Shown: piece by piece, positions 28,501-38,487 of the stretch | Numbering within the stretch: position 1 is the stretch's first letter | Layout: the number at the start of each line of letters is the position of its first letter | Assembly: GCA_949282345.1 (NCBI GenBank) | Contig: CASDOQ010000014.1 | Location: 2,567-66,566, forward strand | Length of the DNA: 64,000 nucleotides | Source of the DNA: an uncultured bacterium | Lineage (GTDB): Bacteria > Bacillota > Clostridia > Oscillospirales > CAG-272 | Direction of reading: 5' to 3' | Program-made: the position numbers and the translations under genes | Notes under the pieces: generated by a model | The model's database searches: none | Told to the model about the DNA's origin: nothing | Seen by the model: the letters and a program-made list of their open reading frames with translations, nothing else

Positions 28501-29325
28501 GGGTATTCGCAGGTCGGAAATCCGATCCATTACGCGGTCGACTATGATGGCAATCGCGTAGGGAAGGCCTACTGGTATCAGAGCCTTGCGGGACACTGGT
28601 GGTACGGCCGCAGGGAAAGCGAGGTCACGCTCTATCAGAAACAGTGCTCGCAGGATGCATGGCGCACGCGCTATCCCGAGTATATGAACCAGATCGAAGC
28701 GATCAAAATGATCCTCGCGGCGCACGACGAAACGAACAAAAACGGACAAAAGGGCTATCAGGTACGCTATTTCTACGTCCCGGCAAAGCTTTCCGGGCAG
28801 AGCTACACCTATACCGGCGCGCCCGTGGGAACCCTCTTCACGATCCCGGCATACTCCTATCTTGACGAGCAGGGAAAGCGGATAGACGTCTCGCAAGAAA
28901 CGCGCACGGTGACCGATGAGACGGTCGGCGTTACTTTCACCTATGAGGAGATCGCCGCGATGGAACGCGCCTGGCGCGGGCCGTCCTGCTGTGTCATCAA
29001 GGACAACATCATCCTCGGCGGCAGTCCCGTGAAGGAGAACGGGACACCGACCGGTGAGGTCGATGTTTCGAAGACCGTGACCGACGGTGCGGCGGCCTAT
29101 TACGGCTATACCGATACGGCTGATATCTCAAACAACTACTTCTATTTCTTCTACAAAGAGATCATCCCCGGCGCGGAGGAGTGGGAATACGCGATCTCCG
29201 AAGAAGGACGCGAGAAGATCGCCGCAGAGATGGGCGAGGAATTTTTAGAGAAATTTGCCGGAGAGAACGGCCTGGATGCCGGCCTCACGTATCCCTTCGA
29301 TTATTTCCTGTTTGACGGCAGGTGA
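25528..29325 (+). CDS. large parallel beta-helix repeat lipoprotein (paralog of 3232..6183)
   Basis: GTG start with SD taaggaggatattcacaGTG. Signal peptide ending in the lipobox LTGC. About 330 extra N-terminal residues, then collinear similarity to the 983-aa protein. Confidence 0.9.
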   Translation: MKATAKATSGGRRAVLTLLSCVLFLCLLVPAFCLTGCGEKPPEDGKIEGLEDYVIRYPEGMDNESFKAVRAFCQEFREKSGVYIRMKEDVYLKANGIPTGTKEILIGMTNRPESSSIRVGRDDWAIYWENDRLVINGGSPASLMAAVQKYLSEYQRDGDYYYPGQAIVNRSEYRYDGMTLGGLDVTEYVLVHGRDTKDLAVYLRDAVADACGVLIPIISEKDDLVAHEIRIGELTGERAATLPATDGYVIQKSGDHLILSGNGYEGAYSAVIKLTARLTGHGGTLALPFSGGETGALVDTLSYSLGLPPIGALDDYAEERYETTAENVFARFELARDELPAEVRLLERVRHTDYPIALKRQVYVSPTGDDKNPGTKEAPYATLERALRAMENKNGGIIWMMGGTYVMSASAEIGVQHSGTPGSPLFIKAYEGEKVTLTANREWDKDAFYPATDEPLVADLVARIPESARDKVMITSLEAQGMNKNSIAPITAAGGPPRLYLGDDEYTLARYPNAGSDIRELLYFTMVDDTGRVTIKEGSDLYAAWVERCRAVGMDLNTLIGWQIRLPSGDRAQEMTDEVLSWVNTGNIWYFGSVFEGWEFGYYNLALEINGKPYWHFGANGEKLLGTFVEGGEKAETCTVYDENGNATEKQGHWALKSLQANPYGAKHSGNSPAGHNTFYLFNAIEALDAPGEWFYDEESGYIFLYPTEDFEEKPLAHGVGGSYDIIRASNMKNLVIDGIEIASATQRGISLTSCENVTIQDVIVKNTIQSNLAVTASSHVAVLYSDFSRSVNSSLVQFSSSESFRTLTPTENTVQNCIFHDTAPMRQIGVTFSGCRMVVSHNYFRNCTVSGGEAADCIIEYNRFDGGSADVVDGGMIYLAGWTSRGNHMRYNLFHMFNATHNAVYNDGQASGNYTYGNMISTIGSKSDLNKGWYSSSGYGNVCWQNIMILRNPAQVAAKGDAVDEAASIPAGSSDQVNQSALFYYYWDDNGYSQVGNPIHYAVDYDGNRVGKAYWYQSLAGHWWYGRRESEVTLYQKQCSQDAWRTRYPEYMNQIEAIKMILAAHDETNKNGQKGYQVRYFYVPAKLSGQSYTYTGAPVGTLFTIPAYSYLDEQGKRIDVSQETRTVTDETVGVTFTYEEIAAMERAWRGPSCCVIKDNIILGGSPVKENGTPTGEVDVSKTVTDGAAAYYGYTDTADISNNYFYFFYKEIIPGAEEWEYAISEEGREKIAAEMGEEFLEKFAGENGLDAGLTYPFDYFLFDGR

Positions 29326-29339
29326 TCGCCGCCGACGGA

Positions 29340-29367
29340 ATGCCCGGGCTTGTCCCGGGCATTTTTC
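29340..29367 (+). terminator. Rho-independent terminator
   Basis: atgcccggg-cttgt-cccgggcat followed by tttt. Confidence 0.85.
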
Positions 29368-29396
29368 GTTTGCATCCCGATCGGCGCGCGGACGGT

Positions 29397-29453
29397 GATT
29401 TTTGCGCGGGGCGGCGGATTTTGCGCGGGCGGCGATTTTTGCGCGGGGCGGCG
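29397..29453. repeat. ~18-20-bp tandem repeat x3
   Basis: gatttttgcgcggggcggcg / gattttgcgcgggcggc / gatttttgcgcggggcggcg. Confidence 0.85.
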
Positions 29454-29762
29454 GTCTGTTTTTACGAGAGTGGTCGTTGCCCTGCGCCTCTCGCGCACGC
29501 TTGCGCTGATTGTTTCGAGACTCCCACCAAAACCGCGCCGCTTCCCTCGCTTCCCTCACCTCTCGCGCTCTCTGCGCCTCTCGCGCCGCCTCCCGCCCCG
29601 CGTGCTCTTCCCCGGCCGCCCGCCGGCAGATCGGAGAAAAGGGTCTAGGGCGGCGTGTCACCCCCCGGCGGCGGGGCGAAGAGCTTCCGGGAGGGCGCGT
29701 CAAAGAGAGGGGCCGGGGGGGCGTGGGAAGCCCCGGCGCGGGCAGGGGCCGGGAAAAGAAAA

Positions 29763-29795
29763 AGGCGGAGCCGTGCGGCTCCGCCGATAGAAATA
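29763..29795 (-). terminator. Rho-independent terminator of the membrane-protein gene
   Basis: ggcggagcc-gtgc-ggctccgcc stem-loop. On the minus strand it is followed by tttttctttt. Confidence 0.75.
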
Positions 29796-29833
29796 AACGA
29801 GAGAGAAAGAGAGATTGGGGGAAACAGAAAGAT

Positions 29834-30625
29834 TCAGCGTTCCCGGATCTTGAACTGCAGGAGCATACCAAGGAGGAAGAGAACCGCCATGATGATGACC
29901 GGCAGGAGATTGAAGATGTCGTACACGAAAGCACCGGCGCAGTAGGAGAGCAGATAACCGCCGAGCAGAGGCGTGATGATGCAGAGGGCGGGATCCAGCA
30001 GTTTGATCACGATAAAGCCGATGACAAGACCGATGATGACCGTGATGAGCAGGGGCGCAAAATCGGGCAGGCTGAAACCCTTGACGACGTTTTGCACAAT
30101 CGGCATACCGACCACGTAGGTCAGGAAAACGATGCCGGCAAGCACGCCGAGGCGTACCAGTATGCAGAGCAGGATCCCGACGATGGCGCCGCAGACGGCC
30201 ATCACGATATAACTGATCATTTCGGCATTCGCGGCGGGGATCAGGTTGTTGATGAAGGGGATCTGCAGGAGCTTGGCTCCGCCATACGCGCCGGCGACCA
30301 ACCCGAGCAAAAAGATCTCAATGCGGAGGAGCTTCTGTCCGAGGAAGCATTCAGCCAGACCGAAGACGGCCAGAATGATAAAGCCGATCGTGAAATTCTT
30401 CCCGGCGTTGGTCTTGAGGAAATTATCAACCGAGAAATTCTTAATCAGGTTGACCAGCGGGTCAACGGCGGGGTCGATATGGTTGAAGTCAAAGGTTTTG
30501 ACGGTCTTTTCGGCGGTGGTAGAGACGGTCTCCGCCGCGCCGGCAAACGCCACGGTGCAGAGAGCTACCGAAACGAGGAGCACAGTCAGAAGGACGAGAA
30601 GGAATTTTTTTGCGGTGCTTTTCAT
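29834..30625 (-). CDS. hypothetical polytopic membrane protein with N-terminal signal sequence
   Basis: 263 aa from ATG 30625 (SD aggaggttcctcATG). Signal-like N-terminus, then about six or seven hydrophobic helices. Confidence 0.75.
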   Translation of the reverse strand: MKSTAKKFLLVLLTVLLVSVALCTVAFAGAAETVSTTAEKTVKTFDFNHIDPAVDPLVNLIKNFSVDNFLKTNAGKNFTIGFIILAVFGLAECFLGQKLLRIEIFLLGLVAGAYGGAKLLQIPFINNLIPAANAEMISYIVMAVCGAIVGILLCILVRLGVLAGIVFLTYVVGMPIVQNVVKGFSLPDFAPLLITVIIGLVIGFIVIKLLDPALCIITPLLGGYLLSYCAGAFVYDIFNLLPVIIMAVLFLLGMLLQFKIRER

Positions 30626-30731
30626 GAGGAACCTCCTAAAAAAATATATGTAGTTGCACGCAACGTACACAGGATACGGGAGAAAACAGGGACGGACGGC
30701 GCGGGCACATAAAATAATTGATATAATAATC

Positions 30732-30760
30732 TTGAAAGAAAGAAAAGACTATGCTATAAT
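30732..30760 (+). promoter_or_regulatory. sigma-70 promoter of the CxxC-protein/ATPase operon
   Basis: TTGAAA (30732-30737), 17 nt, TATAAT (30755-30760). Confidence 0.7.
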
Positions 30761-30932
30761 ATACGCAAAGAGTTTGCCGGCGCCTTCTGCCGGTCCCCGG
30801 GCGAGCCGGAAACGCCGCGCGGAAGCCGATGGAAACCCATATATAAAATATTATATCTTGAAAAAAATTCATTGTCAAGAGGAAACAGAAATTTCCTGTT
30901 GCGGTATCGTAGGATTTGAGAAAGGAGCCACC

Positions 30933-31637
30933 ATGGAGCGTATCTACACCATCCCCGTGAACGAGGCGTTTGATGCGTCGCGCGACGACCCAACCTGTGG
31001 CTGCCCTCTCTGCGCGCTTTACCGCAAACTGGAGGAGGACGAACTCGACCTCATTCTCGGAGGCGCCATGATGGAGCCGGATATCCGGATCAAGACCAAC
31101 GAGCGCGGCTTCTGCGGTACGCACGCCGACCGGCTCTTCGCAAAAAAGAACCGCCTCGGTCTTGCGCTGATCTTGGAGAGCCATCTTGCCGAGGTCAGCG
31201 AGAAGATCACGGCCGGCCGTTTTTCCGACCTTTTCGGCGCGCCGGGAGAAAAGATCGCCTCCCGCATCGGGCGACAGGAGCGTTCCTGCTATCTTTGCGA
31301 CAGGATCGAACATAATTTTTCCTGCATGGTCAGTGCGGCTGTGCTTCTTTTCGGGGAGGACGAGGCCTTCCGCGCAAAACTTGCGAAACAGCCCTATTTC
31401 TGCCTTCCCCATGCATCGCGCCTTTTGGCCTGCGGCGCCCGGGAACTGCCGAAGAAGCAGGCCGCCGCCCTCACCGACGCGGTCATGTCCTGCGTGCGGG
31501 GGTATCTTGCGTCGCTCTCGGGTGACGTCAGCTGGTTCTGCAAAAAATTCGACTACCGCTACGGCGAAGAACCGTGGTATAACGCGAAGGACGCGGTGGA
31601 GCGCGCCATCCGGTTCCTGTGCGGGGAGGAGCGGTAA
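30933..31637 (+). CDS. Cys-rich hypothetical protein (two CxxC motifs; resembles what I recall as DUF6062)
   Basis: 234 aa from ATG 30933 (SD aaaggagccaccATG). N-terminal YTIPVNEAFD....CGCPLC, then FCGTH, SCYLCDRIE and YFCLPH. Its TAA stop abuts the ATG of the next gene (TAAATG). Confidence 0.8.
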   Translation: MERIYTIPVNEAFDASRDDPTCGCPLCALYRKLEEDELDLILGGAMMEPDIRIKTNERGFCGTHADRLFAKKNRLGLALILESHLAEVSEKITAGRFSDLFGAPGEKIASRIGRQERSCYLCDRIEHNFSCMVSAAVLLFGEDEAFRAKLAKQPYFCLPHASRLLACGARELPKKQAAALTDAVMSCVRGYLASLSGDVSWFCKKFDYRYGEEPWYNAKDAVERAIRFLCGEER

Positions 31638-33959
31638 ATGGTCATTGAAAAACTGACGATACGCCGCTTCGGACGTCTCTGCAATCTCGAACTGCCGCTG
31701 AAGCCGGGGCTGAACGTGATCCTCGGCCCCAACGAATCGGGAAAAAGCACGATGGCCGCTTTTATCCGTTATATTTTCTACGGTTTCGGCTCTGTAGTTT
31801 CGGCTGGGGATATCAGCGAGCGCGAAAAGCGTGTCAACTGGGAGAGCGCCACCGCCGAGGGGAGCATGGAGATCCGCCTTCAGAACGGATGTCGTTACCG
31901 GCTCGAAAGAAAGACGGTGGCGGTGCCTCAGCTCGGACGGATGGGATACCGCGAGAGCAGTTCGATCGTTGACCTTTCCGGGGGACGCCAGCAGGCGCCG
32001 CGTTCCCTGCCCGGTGACTTTTTCTTTTCGGTGCCTGAGCAGGTCTATCTGAATACCGCTTTCATCGGGCAGATCGACGGTGCGCGCATCAACGAGGGCG
32101 AGATGAACCAGGCGATCGAAAATCTGCTCTTTTCGGGCGATGAACGCGTCAGTTCGCTCCGCGCTCTGCGTGCTTTGCGGGAAGCGCGGGATTCGCTCAA
32201 CCATCCCAGCGGGGTGGGTGGCGCGATCTATGAGATGCGGGCGCAGGCCGAAAACCTCCGCCTCCGTCTGGCGCGCGCCATGCGGACGAACGCCCAGATC
32301 CTGCATACAGAAAGCGAGTTGCACCAGTATCTTGAAAAAGCGGCGAACAGCGAAAAAGAGCGCAACCGCCTGGACGATATCGAGAGAAGCTATCATATTT
32401 ATCAGAAGATCCAGACCTTTGACCGCCTCCACGAACTGGAGAACCGTTACGAGGCGGCGGCGGCAGAACTGGAAAAATTGCGTGCCGGGAATCGGAATGG
32501 GAACTTTCTGCCCGACGAGAACTATCTGACCGCGCTCGGCACGGCCGAGCGCGTTTGCGAGATCTCCCGGCAGAACTATCTGCGTTCGGCCGAGAAGCTG
32601 AAAGCCGTTCGGGAAGAGGCCGTGATCACCCCCGAGGCTGAAGAATTGCTGAAGAAGACCGAGGCGGCCGGCGGCGCCGCGCGGGTGGAAGCCGAATATG
32701 AGGAAAGCCACCGCGCGCAGAAGCACCTGCACCGCTTCCGGATCGTTCTCTTCGTTCTGGCCGTGCTTTTGGCCGGGACTTCGGTCCTCTTCTGCGTTTC
32801 CGAAGGGATCGGGCCGGCGGCGGGGATCTTTTTTGCCACCGCGATCGCCGCGGGGATCGCCACGCTCGAGTGCCACCGGGCGTGGTTGCGCCGAATGGAA
32901 AAGATCCGGGAGAGGTGCACCGAGTTCGGGGCGGTGTCCGGGACCGATCTGCTGTGCAAACTGAAGAGCGTGACCTATACCGCCGCCTCGATGGAAGAGA
33001 AAAAAAGCAGTATCCGGCAGGCTGAGGAAAACCTGGAGATCTCGCGGCAGAATTTCGTCGCCATGCGGAAGAACCTGACCGAGGAGACCGAAAAGTGGCA
33101 TCATGCGCCGCCTCCCGGCTCCCCCGCCGAGAAGATCGTGCAGATCAGCACGGAGGTGCGCGCTTTCCTGAGTGAAGAGCGTCGCCTCGCGGAAGCGGCG
33201 GCCGAACTGCGCGGGCAGGTGATGGCCCTGCGCGAGGAAGTGGGGAATGAAAGCGAGGTCACGATCCGCTCGCTGGTCTCGCCCGAAAAGCGCGAGGCGA
33301 TCAGGCAGATCAACTATAAAGTCATCGAAGAAGGACTGATGTATTACCGCAATACCTGCGAGAGCCTGCACGCCCGCGCCGAGGAACTGAAGGAAAAACT
33401 GCGCGGCTATACCGAGGGGGCCGAAGATCCTGCCGAACTGCGGATGCAACTTTCCGAGATCGAGGAAAGAGTTTCTTCGATGCAACGCCGCCACCGCGCC
33501 TATACCATCGCCTGTGACGCCATTGAAAACGCCTCCGCCCGTTTGCGTGCCGAGATCTCTCCCCGGCTTTCGCGTTATCTTTCGCGCCTCGTGGATGCGG
33601 CTACCGACGGGGAATACCGTGAGGTGACCGTTGGAAACCGGCTGGGCATGACCTACGGAGACGGGGACGCCCGGCGCGCGCTGGCCAATATGAGCAGCGC
33701 AACGCAGGACATCGCCTATATCGCCCTGCGCTTGTCGCTCATCGATATGCTCTATAAAGAAAAGCCTCCGGTCTGCTTCGACGAGAGTTTCAGCCGGCAG
33801 GATGATGACCGCATTGGGCTTGTCCTGCGGGCACTCTCCGAGGTTTCGGAGGACGGAATGCAAAGTATTCTTTTCACCTGCCACCTGCGTGAAGCGAAGC
33901 TGGTGGAAAGCCTGAACCCGGGCAGTCTCATTGCCCTGAAAGGAGCCAGCATTGAGTAA
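31638..33959 (+). CDS. SbcC/Rad50-like (YhaN-type) AAA ATPase with central transmembrane hairpin
   Basis: Walker A GPNESGKST, long coiled-coil-like E/R/L-rich arms, two central hydrophobic helices (IVLFVLAVLLAGTSVLFCV; AAGIFFATAIAAGIATL), C-terminal signature-like SSATQD and Walker B PPVCFDESF. Confidence 0.8.
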   Translation: MVIEKLTIRRFGRLCNLELPLKPGLNVILGPNESGKSTMAAFIRYIFYGFGSVVSAGDISEREKRVNWESATAEGSMEIRLQNGCRYRLERKTVAVPQLGRMGYRESSSIVDLSGGRQQAPRSLPGDFFFSVPEQVYLNTAFIGQIDGARINEGEMNQAIENLLFSGDERVSSLRALRALREARDSLNHPSGVGGAIYEMRAQAENLRLRLARAMRTNAQILHTESELHQYLEKAANSEKERNRLDDIERSYHIYQKIQTFDRLHELENRYEAAAAELEKLRAGNRNGNFLPDENYLTALGTAERVCEISRQNYLRSAEKLKAVREEAVITPEAEELLKKTEAAGGAARVEAEYEESHRAQKHLHRFRIVLFVLAVLLAGTSVLFCVSEGIGPAAGIFFATAIAAGIATLECHRAWLRRMEKIRERCTEFGAVSGTDLLCKLKSVTYTAASMEEKKSSIRQAEENLEISRQNFVAMRKNLTEETEKWHHAPPPGSPAEKIVQISTEVRAFLSEERRLAEAAAELRGQVMALREEVGNESEVTIRSLVSPEKREAIRQINYKVIEEGLMYYRNTCESLHARAEELKEKLRGYTEGAEDPAELRMQLSEIEERVSSMQRRHRAYTIACDAIENASARLRAEISPRLSRYLSRLVDAATDGEYREVTVGNRLGMTYGDGDARRALANMSSATQDIAYIALRLSLIDMLYKEKPPVCFDESFSRQDDDRIGLVLRALSEVSEDGMQSILFTCHLREAKLVESLNPGSLIALKGASIE

Positions 33960-34860
33960 CGAGAAAGTATTGGTCTTCGGCATCTGCCGTTCGACCCTCA
34001 CCCTGACCTGTGACGGACAGGGGGGAGGCGACGCCGGAAGTTACGAGACCGTGTTGGGCGGTCACGGAGAGACGATGGCCGTAGCGGTTGCCCGCCTCGG
34101 CGGGAAGAGCGTTTTCTGCGGACGCGTCGGGGACGACTCGGGCGGAAAGCGCCTTGTGCGCCTCTTGGACGGAGCCGGGGTCGATCTTTCCTGCTTCCGG
34201 GTCGACCGTGAGGCGCAGACCGGCTTCTCGGTCCGGATCCGGCGAGCGGGGGCCGGGGAGGAGACGATCGTTTTCCCCGGTGCCGACAAAAATCTGAACG
34301 AAGAACAGATCCGCACGGCCTTCCTTTGCGCGCCGGATGCCGTCTGCCTTTCGGCCGCACTCCCCCGCCCGGCACTCGACTGTATCTGCCGGCTTGCGCG
34401 TGAGCACGGGATCCCGGTCTTTCTGAATTACGGGACCGACGGCGTCGAGGTCGGCGGTCTTTCGGAACTCGAGGTCTTTTCCCCGGATGGGGAGGCCGCA
34501 TACGCCATGACCGGCGTGCGCCCGGCGGGAGCAGAGAGCTGCCTTGCGGCCGCCATTGAAATGCAGAAGCGCGTCCGGGCGCGGTATTACGTCCTCCGTC
34601 TCGGAGACCGGGGCGCCTTCGTCTACGACGGCACCTATTGCCATATGGTCAGTTCTTACGTCATGCAGCAGACCGACCTGCGCGGCGCGGACGACGTCTT
34701 TTTTGCCGCGATGGTGCTGGAGTATCTGCGCGTCGGCCGGGATATTCTGCCGGCCTGTGCCTATGCGGCGGCGGCCTCTGCCCTGACGGTGGCGCGCGCC
34801 GGAGAAGCGGCCTCGGTTCCCGATGCCGACGAAGTGCTGACTTTCTTAGAGCGGAGCTGA
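33952..34860 (+). CDS. PfkB-family carbohydrate kinase (ribokinase-like)
   Basis: TTG start with SD aaaggagccagcaTTG. VLGGHGETMAVAVARLG and the C-terminal DLRGADDVFFAA (a variant of DTxGAGD). It overlaps the upstream gene by 8 nt. Confidence 0.75.
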   Translation: MSNEKVLVFGICRSTLTLTCDGQGGGDAGSYETVLGGHGETMAVAVARLGGKSVFCGRVGDDSGGKRLVRLLDGAGVDLSCFRVDREAQTGFSVRIRRAGAGEETIVFPGADKNLNEEQIRTAFLCAPDAVCLSAALPRPALDCICRLAREHGIPVFLNYGTDGVEVGGLSELEVFSPDGEAAYAMTGVRPAGAESCLAAAIEMQKRVRARYYVLRLGDRGAFVYDGTYCHMVSSYVMQQTDLRGADDVFFAAMVLEYLRVGRDILPACAYAAAASALTVARAGEAASVPDADEVLTFLERS

Positions 34861-34861
34861 C

Positions 34862-35842
34862 ATGGATCTGACAGCACGCGACGCGAGCCTTTGCGCGGTC
34901 GCCGTCGTCGGACCGACCGCCTCGGGAAAGACCGCCTTTGCGATCCGGCTGGCGACCGAACTCGGCGCCGAGGTGGTGGGGTGCGACTCGATGCAGATCT
35001 ACCGGTACATGGATATCGGGACGGCCAAGCCGACGGCCGAAGAACGGGCGGCCGTGCCGCATCATATGATCGACTTCCGGGATCCGCACGAGGATTACAG
35101 CGCCGCGGAATATGCGGCCGACGCGCTCCCGGTTTGCCGGGAGATCGCCGCGCGAGGAAGACTCCCGCTCTTTTGCGGCGGGACCGGCCTTTATCTTGAG
35201 GCCGCGCGTACCGGGCGGCATCGGCCGGAACTTTCCTCGGATGCCGGGGTGCGGCGCGCACTGGCCGAGGAAGCCGAAGCGCGCGGCGTTTCGGAAATGT
35301 ATGCCGAACTTGCCCGGGTCGACCCCGCTTCGGCGGCGGCGACCCATCCGAATAACCTGCGCAGAGTCCTGCGGGCGCTCGAGATCTACCGCGTGAGCGG
35401 CCGCCCGAAAAGCGAGTGGGATCGGGAGAGCCAAAATACGTCCCCGGCGCTTTCTCTCCTGACGATCTGCCTGTTGCCGCGCGACCGCACGGCCTTACAC
35501 CGTCGGATCGACCGGCGCGTTGCCGCGATGGCAGAGGCCGGTCTTCGCCGCGAGACCGAGGAACTGCTGGCCCGGGGATACCTGCGGGACGGCGGAACCG
35601 CCGCACAGGCCATCGGCTACAAGGAATACGTCCGCGCCATCGACGGCGAGATCACCGAGGAGGAGGCGCTCGACGAGATCCGCTACGCCACCCATCGGTA
35701 CGCCCGGCGGCAGTTGACCTGGTTCCGCGCCCGGCGCGGCTCTCTCTTTCTCCCGATCGGAGAAGAAGGAGCGACCCGGGAGGAGGAAGAGAGCGCCCTT
35801 TGTGCCATCCGTGCGCATCTGCACGCGACAGAATCTCCATAA
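34862..35842 (+). CDS. miaA: tRNA dimethylallyltransferase
   Basis: P-loop GPTASGKT, DSMQIYRYMDIGTAKP, and HHMIDF. Confidence 0.92.
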   Translation: MDLTARDASLCAVAVVGPTASGKTAFAIRLATELGAEVVGCDSMQIYRYMDIGTAKPTAEERAAVPHHMIDFRDPHEDYSAAEYAADALPVCREIAARGRLPLFCGGTGLYLEAARTGRHRPELSSDAGVRRALAEEAEARGVSEMYAELARVDPASAAATHPNNLRRVLRALEIYRVSGRPKSEWDRESQNTSPALSLLTICLLPRDRTALHRRIDRRVAAMAEAGLRRETEELLARGYLRDGGTAAQAIGYKEYVRAIDGEITEEEALDEIRYATHRYARRQLTWFRARRGSLFLPIGEEGATREEEESALCAIRAHLHATESP

Positions 35843-35892
35843 CGTAAACAAAACGCTACATACAGACAAAGAGCTGCGCGGGTGTAAAAAAA

Positions 35893-35931
35893 CTGCGGCG
35901 GGAAACCTGCGGTGGGAAACCTGCGGCGGGA
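35893..35931. repeat. 14-bp tandem repeat x2.8
   Basis: ctgcggcgggaaac / ctgcggtgggaaac / ctgcggcggga. Confidence 0.9.
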
Positions 35932-36066
35932 TGAAGCCCGGAAAAAGAAAAGCCCGAAAGAGAAAAGCCGAAAAAATGGAAACGACTGTCCGCAAGGGCA
36001 GAAGGCGGGAAAGCCCGCCGGAATAAAGAGAATAAGATCCGCAAAGAGCGGAAGATCGGAGACAGG

Positions 36067-37344
36067 ATGAAGACAGGAGAATGGATCAGACAGATTGAGA
36101 GCGGCGCGGTCGCCGACATTGTGCGGCTTTACGGGAAAGACGCCGCCGCGCGGGAGCGCTATATCGACGCCATCCGCGCGTTTGAGAAGCAGTACGGAAC
36201 CGACCGGGACGTTGCGCTCTTTTCGGTTCCCGGGAGAAGCGAGATCCTCGGCAACCATACCGACCACAACCGTGGTTGCGTGATCGCCGGGGCGATCGAC
36301 CGCGACATCATTGCCGTGGCCGCCCGCCGCGAGGACGGGGAGATCCACGTGCTGAGCGAGGGATATCGCGAGAGCCGCATTCTCCGCGAGAAATGCGCCG
36401 ATCCGAAAAATTACCTCCCCGGCCGTTCCGACGCGCTGATCGCCGGGACGGTGGCAGCCTTTTTGCGGGGGGGGTATGAGGTCGGCGGGTTTGACGCTTA
36501 CACCACGACGCAGGTGCTGAAAGGCTCGGGCCTTTCTTCCTCCGCGGCGTTTGAGGTCATGATCGGCACGGTACTGAACCATTTCTATAACCGTGGCGAG
36601 ATCTCCGCTCCCCTGCTGGCGCAGTTTGCCCAGTACGCCGAGAACGTCTATTTCGGCAAGCCCTGCGGGCTGATGGATCAGATGGCCTGCGCCGTCGGCG
36701 GTTTCGTCTTTATGGATTTCGGGGATCCCGCCGAGCCGAAGATCGATCCGATCTCCTTCTCTCTGACCGACGCGGGGTATATCCTTGCCATCGTCAACAC
36801 CGGCGGCTCTCATTCGGATCTGACCGACGATTACGCCGCGGTTCCCGCCGAGATGAAGAAGGTGGCGTCCTATTTCGGGCGCGAGGTCCTGCGTGGCACG
36901 ACCGAGGAAGAGCTGCTTGCCAACGCGGCGCCCCTGCGCCGGGCGGCCGGCGACCGGGCGCTCCTGCGTGCCCTCCATTACGTGCGCGAAAACGCGCGCG
37001 TCCTTTCGGCGGCCGAAGCCCTGCGCGGCGGGCGCGTGCAGGAGTTCCTGACCACAGTGCTTGCCTCGGGACGCTCGAGCTTTGAGTATCTGCAAAACGT
37101 CTATACCGTCAAAAACACGGCGGAGCAGGGGCTTTCGCTCGCACTGGCCGTGACCGAGGGGGCGCTCGGCGGGCACGAGTGCGCGTGGCGCGTGCACGGC
37201 GGCGGATTTGCCGGGACGATCCAGGCTTTCGTCCGGCGCGATCTGGCCTCGGCCTACGCCGCCCTGATGGATTCGATCTTCGGGAAAGGGGCCTGTATGC
37301 TCCTGTCGATCCGCGCCGAGGGCGCGACCCGCATCCACCCCTGA
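36067..37344 (+). CDS. galK: galactokinase
   Basis: GRSEILGNHTDHNRG galactokinase signature and GHMP motif GSGLSSSAA. Confidence 0.9.
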   Translation: MKTGEWIRQIESGAVADIVRLYGKDAAARERYIDAIRAFEKQYGTDRDVALFSVPGRSEILGNHTDHNRGCVIAGAIDRDIIAVAARREDGEIHVLSEGYRESRILREKCADPKNYLPGRSDALIAGTVAAFLRGGYEVGGFDAYTTTQVLKGSGLSSSAAFEVMIGTVLNHFYNRGEISAPLLAQFAQYAENVYFGKPCGLMDQMACAVGGFVFMDFGDPAEPKIDPISFSLTDAGYILAIVNTGGSHSDLTDDYAAVPAEMKKVASYFGREVLRGTTEEELLANAAPLRRAAGDRALLRALHYVRENARVLSAAEALRGGRVQEFLTTVLASGRSSFEYLQNVYTVKNTAEQGLSLALAVTEGALGGHECAWRVHGGGFAGTIQAFVRRDLASAYAALMDSIFGKGACMLLSIRAEGATRIHP

Positions 37345-37377
37345 TGCCAGCGAGTTCAAATAACGGAGGAAAGAAAA

Positions 37378-38487
<1,110 letters not shown>

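Noticed and set aside
29510-30712. 400-aa + strand ORF and 229-aa minus ORF (29245..29934) around the 29326-29833 spacer.
   Set aside because: One is antisense to the well-supported membrane-protein gene, and both run through two mapped terminators. The translations are low complexity (R/G/E/D-rich).
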